From: Candidatus Woesearchaeota archaeon
GTDB lineage: Archaea; Nanobdellota; Nanobdellia; Woesearchaeales; GCA-2687795
DNA: 41,116 nucleotides
Direction: 5' to 3'
Assembly: GCA_030753365.1 (NCBI GenBank)
Contig: JASMCJ010000061.1
Span: 1 to 41,116, forward strand
A program made the translations under genes and the position numbers. Within the stretch, counting starts at the first letter, position 1. Every line of letters starts with the position of its first letter. The notes under the pieces were generated by a model. It saw nothing but the letters and a program-made list of their open reading frames with translations. It had not been told where the DNA came from and did not search any database. This document shows positions 27,981 through 36,156 of this stretch, one piece after another.

Positions 27981-28793
27981 TTACTTAGCAGCTTTCACCG
28001 CTTCAGCGAACTCATCTAAATCATCTTTAAAAATATCCAACGCTTCCTTAACCATATCTTTGACAGTTAACTGTCCCCAGCTTTCCACATACAATATGAT
28101 TTCACTTTCATCTTCATTCAGCTTAACGCCATCACTAATATCTTGGCATGCGCCGCAAAGATGACATTTTAACAAATTATTATCATTAATCTTAAGCTTA
28201 TCACCTTCAACCTTAAACACATCAACCGGGCAGCTATCCTTAATCTTATTAGCATCTTTTACTTCACTTTGATTAATCTCAATAACAGGTTTATACTTAT
28301 AATAAACCAATCCTGGTGACCATTTTGTATGCACTTTTCCTTTACCAAGCATAGCAGTAGCTTCCAGCTCAATTTCCTGTTTCTTAATCAATTTTGCAAT
28401 AGATGTCTTTGGATATAAAGGCTTAACTTTTGGATCCTTTGACTTCATTTCTCCAGCAAACAAAATGCATGGTCCTTTACCTTTAATAGTCATCTTAACT
28501 GTACACTTTGCACATCCTGCCCCTTTGCAGTTGCATTTCTCCTGCAAAGTATAAGACTTTAAGTCAGTAGACAAAGGCAACAAGCCTAATCTATGTGCAA
28601 CAATCTCATCATATAATAATGAAGTATTCTGTGTAAACTCAACATCTTCTATTGCCATGGTAGGAACTTCATTCATAACATACCTTCTAATTGTATTTGC
28701 AATCTCTGGTGAAACATTTTTCAGGATAAAAGACTCTTTGTTCTTATCCTTACCTTTTGCCAACAATTTTACTTGCATTTTTAGTTCCTCCAT
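27981..28793 (-). CDS. rpoD: DNA-directed RNA polymerase subunit D (Rpo3)
   Basis: ANTIRR..MNEVPTMAIEDV, AHRLGLLPL, Fe-S motif CPVDVF...CHLCGAC, VESWGQL. Confidence 0.97.
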   Translation of the reverse strand: MEELKMQVKLLAKGKDKNKESFILKNVSPEIANTIRRYVMNEVPTMAIEDVEFTQNTSLLYDEIVAHRLGLLPLSTDLKSYTLQEKCNCKGAGCAKCTVKMTIKGKGPCILFAGEMKSKDPKVKPLYPKTSIAKLIKKQEIELEATAMLGKGKVHTKWSPGLVYYKYKPVIEINQSEVKDANKIKDSCPVDVFKVEGDKLKINDNNLLKCHLCGACQDISDGVKLNEDESEIILYVESWGQLTVKDMVKEALDIFKDDLDEFAEAVKAAK

Positions 28794-28890
28794 TATTTTT
28801 AATTTACTTCATGAAAACTTATCATTTGTAGGGGTGGGCCGTCTATACTTTAGTTGCCTAAAGGGGAGGTCCAATAAGAGTTTAACGAAG

Positions 28891-29298
28891 TTAAACTCTT
28901 CTTCCCCTCCTTCCGCCTTTCTTTCGGCATCCACCATGAGGTATTGGAGTAATATCTTCAATAATACCTATTCTAAGTCCCATCCTTGACAAAGCTCTTA
29001 TAGCTGCCTGAGCTCCAGGTCCAGGATTGGAAGGTCCATTATGCCCGCCAGGAGCTTTAATCTTAACATGAATCCCATTAATGCCATGGTCCATAGCCAT
29101 CTCTGCTGCTCTCTTTGCAGCCATCATAGCTGCAGTAGGAGATGACTCCAACCTATCAGCTTTAACAATCTGTCCTCCTGAAGTTCTTGAGATAGTCTCA
29201 TCTCCAGTAATATCTGTAATATGAATAATAGTGTTATTATAAGAACTGTAAATATGAGCTACTCCCCATCTTGTGTTATTGCTTCTTCTCTCAACCAT
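28891..29298 (-). CDS. rps11: 30S ribosomal protein S11
   Basis: [44 protein letters not shown]. Confidence 0.97.
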   Translation of the reverse strand: MVERRSNNTRWGVAHIYSSYNNTIIHITDITGDETISRTSGGQIVKADRLESSPTAAMMAAKRAAEMAMDHGINGIHVKIKAPGGHNGPSNPGPGAQAAIRALSRMGLRIGIIEDITPIPHGGCRKKGGRRGRRV

Positions 29299-29300
29299 TT

Positions 29301-29945
29301 TTATTTCTTCTCCTTACTATCCTTTTTTTCTTTCTTCTCTTCTTTAGGAGCTTCTTTCTTTTTTTCTTCAACAGCCTTTTTCCCTTTAGGCTCTTCCTCT
29401 TCTTTCTTCTTTTTAGGAGCTGGAACTTCCTCTTTAGGAACTCTTTCCGGATGATCTTCATTTGCAAAAGGAGACTTAATTGCAAAAACAACCTTCTGCT
29501 CCTCATCTCCAGAAACCAAATAACCTGTATTAGTAATCTTATTATTGCCAACAGCTATATGCCTATGTATAACAGCCTGCCTTGCCTGATTAATTGACCT
29601 TGTCAATCCCTTCTTGAAAACAATAGTTTGTAATCTTCTGTCCAGAATATCTTTTGGTGTCATATTAAGAACATCTTCAAGCTGTGCTGACTCTTCTATA
29701 AGTTTAAGCTTCTTCAGCTTTGTTAACAAATTCTTCCTCTCAAGCTCACTCTGCTTGCTCTTATCTACAACAAGCTTCTTAACCTGACTAGAATATTTTT
29801 TCAAAAGTGAATTTACTCTCCAAATCTCTTTCTTATTCTTCAGCCCATACTCTTTCATAAGGACTTTCTCTAACTCAATCCTTTCAGTCCGCCAAGGATG
29901 TGACGGCCTTGAATACATTTTCCTTTGTTTTTTTGGATCTCCCAT
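29301..29945 (-). CDS. rps4: 30S ribosomal protein S4 with Lys/Glu-rich tail
   Basis: [42 protein letters not shown]. Confidence 0.97.
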   Translation of the reverse strand: MGDPKKQRKMYSRPSHPWRTERIELEKVLMKEYGLKNKKEIWRVNSLLKKYSSQVKKLVVDKSKQSELERKNLLTKLKKLKLIEESAQLEDVLNMTPKDILDRRLQTIVFKKGLTRSINQARQAVIHRHIAVGNNKITNTGYLVSGDEEQKVVFAIKSPFANEDHPERVPKEEVPAPKKKKEEEEPKGKKAVEEKKKEAPKEEKKEKKDSKEKK

Positions 29946-29964
29946 ATTTTACAAAAACCAATAC

Positions 29965-30468
29965 TTACGTTTTACCTGTCTTAGCGTTAGGATTCCTCTT
30001 TACGCCCATAACCTTTCCTTTATTCCTTCTGAAATTTGATTTAGTTCTCTGCCCTCTAACTGGCAGATTAAATGCATGCCTTACACCTTTATAACATCTT
30101 ATAGTCTTCATTCTCTTAACATCATTCTCTTTTGCAAAATCTAAATCCCCTCCAGTAAGATGCATATCTTTACCTGTTTCAACATCATTTCTTCTGTTAA
30201 GCATCCAAACCGGAATATTGGCTTCTAACGGATTATCTATAACCTTGTTAATCTTCTCAGTTTCTTCCTTAGAAAGATACCCTGCCTTTTTGTTTCTGTC
30301 AATATCTGCAGAGTCTAAGACAGCATTAGCAAAAATAAATCCAACACCTTTTAACTTTGTAAGCGCAAGATGCATAGGCTTGTTACCATCAAGGTCAGCG
30401 CTGCCTATTCTAACTATATGCTTAAATTCTTGTTCTTCTTTTCCTTCAGTTTTATCTTTATTTTCCAT
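29965..30468 (-). CDS. rps13: 30S ribosomal protein S13
   Basis: IVRIGSADLDG, WMLNRRND, YKGVRH..NLPVRGQRTKSNFR. Confidence 0.97.
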   Translation of the reverse strand: MENKDKTEGKEEQEFKHIVRIGSADLDGNKPMHLALTKLKGVGFIFANAVLDSADIDRNKKAGYLSKEETEKINKVIDNPLEANIPVWMLNRRNDVETGKDMHLTGGDLDFAKENDVKRMKTIRCYKGVRHAFNLPVRGQRTKSNFRRNKGKVMGVKRNPNAKTGKT

Positions 30469-30479
30469 TTTATTTGTAA

Positions 30480-30540
30480 AAATAGCCAGAGAATTCTTAA
30501 CTCACCCTAAACGCTCTGTTTAGTTGAACTCGGGCTATTT
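30480..30540 (-). promoter_or_regulatory. Stem-loop in the 5' leader of the rps13 operon
   Basis: AAATAGCC/GGCTATTT closing stem and inner CTAAAC/GTTTAG hairpin, ending about 12 nt before the rps13 ATG. Confidence 0.5.
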
Positions 30541-30634
30541 AACTAACAATAAATAGGAGTTTGTTTATAAATGTTACGTATAAGCCTCCTTTCTCCGCTA
30601 TATTTATATACCAAGTTAATTCTATGCTTATAAC

Positions 30635-32320
30635 ATGGACAAAAAGCTAATCCTCAAATACGCATTAAACAATGCACTCATGTTCAACGGCAAAGCCAAC
30701 ATAGGCTCAGTCATCGGCAAAGTACTCCAGGAAAAGCCAGAATTAAAATCTAAAATAAAAGAGCTCCAGCCTCTGGTAAAAGAAACAGTTGACGAAGTAA
30801 ACGCTCTTCCATTAGAAGACCAAAAAGTTAAGCTGGACAAATTGGATGTCAAGCCCATCCCTAAAAAAAAGCAAGAAAAGAAAGGCGAGCTTCCCGATCT
30901 TAAAAATGCTATAAAAGGTAAGTTCATAACCAGAATTCCTCCAGAGCCAAGCAAATATCTTCACATTGGCCATGCCTTAAGCTTTCTCATCAATTACCTC
31001 TACTCAAAAAAGTATGAAGGCAAATGCGTGCTAAGGTTTGAAGACACAAACCCAGAAAAATCTTCAAAAGAATATTTAGACTCAATCAAAGAAGACCTTG
31101 AATGGCTTGACATTAAGCCAAGCAAGGAAGTAATCGTATCCAATGACATGGAAAAGATATACAATTATGCAGAAACTCTCATAAAAAAGGGCAATGCCTA
31201 TGTCTGCGGCTGCCCAAGGGAACAGATGAGCACTCTAAGGAACAAAGGCCAGGAATGTGGCTGCAGGTCCTTCCCTCTGGACAGGAACATCAAAGAATGG
31301 CAAAAAATGAAAGACGGAACCTACAAAGATGGCGAAGTCATCCTAAGATTAAAAGCTGACATGGAATCAAACAACTATGCAATGCGAGACCCTGTCCTAT
31401 TCAGAATCTGCAACACAAAGCACTATCTTCATGGCAAAAAATACTCTGCTTGGCCAATGTATGACCTTGCAGGCACTATAGAAGATGAGCTATGCAATAT
31501 AACACATATTCTAAGAAGCGGTGAATTTGGTGAAATGAGAGTAGAACTCCAAAACTATCTCAAACAACTTCTCGGATTCAAAATCCAAACCATAATCCAA
31601 TACGGCAGATTCAACGTAATCGGTGCAACAACTCAGGGCAGGGAAATCAGAGAGCTCATAGAACAGAAAAAGGTAATCGGCTGGGACGACCCAAGCTTAG
31701 TCACACTAAAAGCATTAAGAAGAAGAGGCATTGTAAAAGAATCCTTCTACCAATTAGCAAAAGAGATAGGATTAAGCAAAACCCAGACAAACATTGACTT
31801 TCAGTTAATTGCATCAATAAACAGGAAAATCCTTGACTCCAAATGCAACAGATACTTCTTCATAAACCAACCTATAAAAATCAAAGTGGAAAAAGCTCCT
31901 GCCCAGAAACTTGAGCTAAAGCTTCATCCTGACTTTCCTGAAAAAGGAAAAAGAACATTTGAAACCAAAGATGAATTTTACATAACTAAAGAAGACCATA
32001 AAGCTCTAACCAACAACAAGCTCTACAGGCTAATGGACTCTCTTAACTTCATCAAAAAAACAAATAAACTCATCTTTGACTCCCTTGAGCATGAAAAATA
32101 CAAGGAAAAAGGAGAAAAGATCATCCACTGGCTTCCAGTCCACAAAGACCTAGTTGACGTTGAAGTCCTAATGCCTGACAAAAAAGTCATCAAAGGCAAA
32201 GGCGAGCAGTCATTAACCAAGCTAAAAGAAGGCGACATAATCCAGTTCACACGCTTTGGCTTCTGCAGGCTTGACAAAAAAGAAAAAGATAAGTTCGTTT
32301 TCTGGTACACGCATGATTAA
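30635..32320 (+). CDS. gltX: Glutamyl-tRNA synthetase (archaeal type)
   Basis: TRIPPEPSKYLHIGH, LRFEDTNP, RDPVLFRI, THILR, GWDDP, QFTRFGFCRLD. Confidence 0.95.
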   Translation: MDKKLILKYALNNALMFNGKANIGSVIGKVLQEKPELKSKIKELQPLVKETVDEVNALPLEDQKVKLDKLDVKPIPKKKQEKKGELPDLKNAIKGKFITRIPPEPSKYLHIGHALSFLINYLYSKKYEGKCVLRFEDTNPEKSSKEYLDSIKEDLEWLDIKPSKEVIVSNDMEKIYNYAETLIKKGNAYVCGCPREQMSTLRNKGQECGCRSFPLDRNIKEWQKMKDGTYKDGEVILRLKADMESNNYAMRDPVLFRICNTKHYLHGKKYSAWPMYDLAGTIEDELCNITHILRSGEFGEMRVELQNYLKQLLGFKIQTIIQYGRFNVIGATTQGREIRELIEQKKVIGWDDPSLVTLKALRRRGIVKESFYQLAKEIGLSKTQTNIDFQLIASINRKILDSKCNRYFFINQPIKIKVEKAPAQKLELKLHPDFPEKGKRTFETKDEFYITKEDHKALTNNKLYRLMDSLNFIKKTNKLIFDSLEHEKYKEKGEKIIHWLPVHKDLVDVEVLMPDKKVIKGKGEQSLTKLKEGDIIQFTRFGFCRLDKKEKDKFVFWYTHD

Positions 32321-32376
32321 TATTTATATTCTGCGTCACAACTAACTTTAAATACCTCTTCCAAATTCTTTATATT

Positions 32377-32709
32377 ATGCCAACTATAACATACATTCAA
32401 TCTCTATATCATAAAGAAATGTTTGAAAAAGGAGCAGCTGCTTGCAATGTATCTTATGATAAAGGAGAATTAAATAAAACAACATGTCTCAGACCAAAAA
32501 CTCTTAATTCTATTATAGGTAGTTGCACTGAATTAGATTGGTTAAACCCTTCCCAATTAGCTGAAATACTCCAAGCATCAAGAATAACTGGACTCCAAAA
32601 ATCAGCTGTAATCGTTGTTGATGCAAAAGGAGCCTTCCCTAAAAATTTAGAACAAAGCCTTCAATCCTATGGGTTCTATCCTGTATCATTCGAAGAAACC
32701 CTTGAATAA
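32377..32709 (+). CDS. Hypothetical protein (110 aa)
   Basis: ORF with upstream TTTAAATA; no motif recognised. Confidence 0.65.
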   Translation: MPTITYIQSLYHKEMFEKGAAACNVSYDKGELNKTTCLRPKTLNSIIGSCTELDWLNPSQLAEILQASRITGLQKSAVIVVDAKGAFPKNLEQSLQSYGFYPVSFEETLE

Positions 32710-32821
32710 TGATTTCTATGATATTAAATAAGAACCTTTATAAATAGAAGACTGTTTTTAAGTATATTAACATATAAAAAGCTCATAATGAGCTTTTTAT
32801 TGTATACGGAGGAAAACGAAG

Positions 32822-32986
32822 ATGGGAGAATTTAATGAAGGCGGTTTCCGAGGAAATTTCGGAGACAGAGAAATGCACAAAGCAGTATGTTCTGAATGTG
32901 GCCAGGAATGCGAAGTACCATTCAAGCCTACAGAAGGAAAACCTGTTTATTGCAAAGAATGCTATAGAAAAAGACGAAAATTCTAA
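32822..32986 (+). CDS. CxxC-x17-CxxC domain protein (54 aa), not in the ORF track
   Basis: REMHKAVCSECGQECEVPFKPTEGKPVYCKECY; GGAGG RBS. Confidence 0.92.
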   Translation: MGEFNEGGFRGNFGDREMHKAVCSECGQECEVPFKPTEGKPVYCKECYRKRRKF

Positions 32987-33065
32987 TTATTTATAGCACT
33001 AAAATTACATATTATTTTTTCTTTATTTCTTTTATTTTTTTAAACAATCTAGAAGAATCTCTACT

Positions 33066-34502
33066 CTAATATCCATTATTAAAATAAACCCATGCCTTAG
33101 CTTCTTTCCCGCACTTAATACACTTCTCACCTTCAATCTTCTTCTGCTCAAAAGGAACACACCTTGGAGTTGCTCCTCCAGTTTCATCTTTAATAATCTC
33201 ATCACACTCTGGTTCAAGGCATGAAGGCGCTAAAACAATCTTTTTATCCTTAATCTTCTTAACAAAATCCTTCCATTCCGAAGCTTTATCCTTACCCTTC
33301 TCCAAAACCTTCTTTGCTCTCTCAAACAACGACTTCTGAATATCTTCAAGAACCTCATCAACTATTTCATTTAGCTTTGTTAATTTAACAGGAACCTTCT
33401 CTCCATTATCTCTCCTAACCAAAACAACCTGTTTCTTCTCAATATCCCTAGGTCCAATCTCAACCCTTAAAGGAATCCCTTTCAGCTCCCACTCATTAAA
33501 CTTAAATCCTGGTTTGTATTCATCCCTATCATCAAGAATAGGATTATACTTGCTCAGCTTCTTAGCAAGCTCCTTAGCTTTCTTACTAACCTTCTCTTTA
33601 TCCTTAAAATAAATAGGCACAATAACCAGCTTATTCTCAGCAACCTTAGGAGGAATAATCACGCCATTATCATCTCCATGTGCCATAATTATAGAACCAA
33701 TCAATCTTGTTGAAACTCCCCAACTGCTCTGCCATGGAGTATTAGGCTTCTCATCCTTCCCTAAAAAGCTAATACCAAACGCCTTAGCAAAACCCTGCCC
33801 TAAATTATGAGAAGTGCCCATCTGTATAGCCTTACCATCAGGCATATAAGATTCAATGCAAAGGCTATATTCAGCTCCTGCAAACGTCTCGCTCTTTGTC
33901 TTCTTCCCTGCAATAACCGGAACAGCAAGCATCCTTTCACACAGCCTTTGATACTCATCTAATATCAGCTTAACTTCCTTCTCACACTCTTCCTTAGTCT
34001 CATAAACGCAATGTCCTTCCTGCCATAAAAACTCTCTTGTCCTCAAGAAAGGCTTTGTCTGCTTAACTTCCCATCTAAGCACATTGCACCATTGATTAAT
34101 CCTCAAAGGCAAATCTCTGTGCGATCTAATCCATTTTGAATAAGAATCATACATAATAGTCTCAGAAGTAGGCCTTATAGCCAGCCTTTCAGTATCATCA
34201 TCAGTCCTGTTCACCCATGCAAGCTCAGGTTCAAACCCTTCCGCATGCTCAGCCTCTTTCTTAAAAAAAGACTCTGGAATCAACAAAGGAAAATAGGCAT
34301 TTCTCACTCCAAGCGCCTTAATCCTCTTATCAAAATAACTTCTAATCTTCTCCCAGATAGAATATGCATTAGGCCTTATAATCATAAATCCTTTAATCTG
34401 TGAATAATCTGCTAATTCAGCCTTCTGAACAACCTGTGAATACCACTCAGAGAAATCCTCCTCTTTCTTTACAGTAATCCCCTTTTGTTCTTCTTGAGCC
34501 AT
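33066..34502 (-). CDS. proS: Prolyl-tRNA synthetase (archaeal/eukaryal type)
   Basis: FSEWY, IRPTSET, FLRTREFLWQEGH, SWGVSTRLIG, C-terminal Zn domain ending in Y. Confidence 0.97.
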   Translation of the reverse strand: MAQEEQKGITVKKEEDFSEWYSQVVQKAELADYSQIKGFMIIRPNAYSIWEKIRSYFDKRIKALGVRNAYFPLLIPESFFKKEAEHAEGFEPELAWVNRTDDDTERLAIRPTSETIMYDSYSKWIRSHRDLPLRINQWCNVLRWEVKQTKPFLRTREFLWQEGHCVYETKEECEKEVKLILDEYQRLCERMLAVPVIAGKKTKSETFAGAEYSLCIESYMPDGKAIQMGTSHNLGQGFAKAFGISFLGKDEKPNTPWQSSWGVSTRLIGSIIMAHGDDNGVIIPPKVAENKLVIVPIYFKDKEKVSKKAKELAKKLSKYNPILDDRDEYKPGFKFNEWELKGIPLRVEIGPRDIEKKQVVLVRRDNGEKVPVKLTKLNEIVDEVLEDIQKSLFERAKKVLEKGKDKASEWKDFVKKIKDKKIVLAPSCLEPECDEIIKDETGGATPRCVPFEQKKIEGEKCIKCGKEAKAWVYFNNGY

Positions 34503-34575
34503 AATATAAATATAATTTTAAGCTGTATATTTAAAATTTCTTATTTTTAATGATTTAATAATCAGAGAACATTTC

Positions 34576-35025
34576 TTATTCAACAATAATCCTTCCCTTT
34601 GTGCCAAAATTAAGGTCAGCATACCTAAAAACCTCTGACTCATTAAAAGTATGCTCAAACGTCTCTCCTGCATCGATTATAGGGCTCCTAAAACCCTTCC
34701 CAATCTGCTTAAATATACGGCCTATATTATCATCATTAATCCATATAACCTTTGTTCCCTTTGTTATATTCAATTCTGAAGGTTCAAAATCATCTCTATT
34801 AATCCATATATAATCTGTTTTCTTGTCTTCGGACATTTCTATCTCTTCTACTTCCTCTACAGGTTCTGGTTCTTGCACCTCTGGCTTTTCCTCTACCTTT
34901 ACTTCTTCAATTTCCTCTTTCACAGTCTCTGTTTCAGAAGGAGTCTCTTTTATAATATCAACTATATCTTTCTCTACACAGCCTGTTAAGATTATCAATA
35001 GAACAACAATAATTAATATTTTCAT
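34576..35025 (-). CDS. Lipoprotein with cupredoxin-like domain
   Basis: LTGC lipobox, acidic linker, FEPSELNITKGTKVIWIN...GETFEHTF...KGRIIVE. Confidence 0.75.
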   Translation of the reverse strand: MKILIIVVLLIILTGCVEKDIVDIIKETPSETETVKEEIEEVKVEEKPEVQEPEPVEEVEEIEMSEDKKTDYIWINRDDFEPSELNITKGTKVIWINDDNIGRIFKQIGKGFRSPIIDAGETFEHTFNESEVFRYADLNFGTKGRIIVE

Positions 35026-35092
35026 AAAAATACCCCTTTTTATTCATTATTTTTGATAACTCCCATATATAAACTTTGCTAAGAAGAAAAAA

Positions 35093-35247
35093 CGCCCCTG
35101 ATCAGACTCGAACTGATGACCTATACCGAATAAGGGCTCTTGCCCTTATCTTGCGGTGTCTCTCCTAGTAGGATAACAGCTTCGTGGTTTCTAACTCGCA
35201 CGCTCCACCTATTGCTCCATGCTTTCGCATGTCTAAGCTACAGGGGC
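35093..35247 (-). tRNA. tRNA-Asn(GTT) with four introns (15/16, 30/31, 37/38, 43/44)
   Basis: Exons 35247-35233, 35211-35197, 35180-35174, 35157-35152 and 35122-35093 join to the 73-nt cloverleaf GCCCCTG TA GCTT AGTAGGTG GAGC G TGCGG CTGTTAA CCGCA AGGTC ATCAG TTCGAGT CTGAT CAGGGGC G. Confidence 0.9.
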
Positions 35248-36027
35248 ATTCAAAAATGCTTTTAGCGGAGCTAGCTCTGAAATAATGGAACACTCAATTT
35301 CTTTATAAAACTTTCTGAATATTTCTGGGATGTATAAGACTACTTCAAAACCCTGTTTTCTATAATCTTTTATTTTCTTATTTAGCTTCATTATTTTGTC
35401 TTTATCAGGATGTTTCCATTCTGTTGCTTCAATTATTTTATTACCTATCTTAAAATCTGGAAAATAAGCCTTACCACTCACATTTATATAAGGTTCATAC
35501 TCAAATTTGAAACCGTTTAAGATTAAGAAATCTCGCATTTTCTTTTCTAATTTGTTTCTTACTAAGATCTTATTTTCTAGTTTATAACTATAACCTCTCC
35601 CTACTTTCTTAAATCTTTCATACTGCCAAACATAGTATTCTTCAGGAAATCTTTCCCTCATCTCTTTATGCCACTGTTTCATACGTTTTGAACTCACCTT
35701 TCTTAATCTTTCTATTGTCTCAATAAACTTTCCTTGTTTTTTCTTTATATTAACACAATTGATACCTCCCTTAACTTTTCCCCAATTCTCTGGAAACTCT
35801 TCTAGTATATATTTATTATATTTATTGATATCTACTCCAAGAAGATTTAGAATTCTTTGTAATCTAGTTTTAGGAATATTTACTAATTCGTATTTATACC
35901 TATAGATTGCTCCTTTAGATATACCAGTAGTTTTGCATAACTTTCTTTCAGACCCTGCTTTAGTAATAGCTTTATTAATAATATCATTTAGTTTTCCTTT
36001 TTTAAACTTTAAAAACATTTTAATCAT
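35233..36027 (-). CDS. HTH + PD-(D/E)XK-type endonuclease-like protein
   Basis: N-terminal HTH (SERKLCKTTGISKGAIYRY); C-terminal LEKK...FEYEP...YFPDFKIGNKIIEATEW. The stop codon lies inside tRNA-Asn exon 1. Confidence 0.8.
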   Translation of the reverse strand: MIKMFLKFKKGKLNDIINKAITKAGSERKLCKTTGISKGAIYRYKYELVNIPKTRLQRILNLLGVDINKYNKYILEEFPENWGKVKGGINCVNIKKKQGKFIETIERLRKVSSKRMKQWHKEMRERFPEEYYVWQYERFKKVGRGYSYKLENKILVRNKLEKKMRDFLILNGFKFEYEPYINVSGKAYFPDFKIGNKIIEATEWKHPDKDKIMKLNKKIKDYRKQGFEVVLYIPEIFRKFYKEIECSIISELAPLKAFLNAPVA

Positions 36028-36075
36028 ATAACAATCTATTCTTGTAAAAAGAAAACTCAGACTATATAAATATTA

Positions 36076-36093
36076 CTAAGCTACAGGGGCATT
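36076..36093 (-). repeat. 18-nt direct repeat containing tRNA-Asn exon 1
   Basis: AATGCCCCTGTAGCTTAG (minus strand) is identical to 35250-35233. Confidence 0.95.
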
Positions 36094-36156
36094 TAAAACA
36101 CTCTACTTAAAGATTTTCTAGTAAATTTATATAATTTTCGTATTTAACGTCCAATT

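Noticed and set aside
29291..29551. Lys/Arg-rich alternative-frame ORF in rps4
   Set aside because: By-product of the purine-rich low-complexity S4 tail.
35233..36093. Integrase-mediated genomic island or prophage at tRNA-Asn
   Set aside because: Only one ORF lies between the repeats, it has no tyrosine/serine recombinase motifs, and the duplication is of the 5' end.
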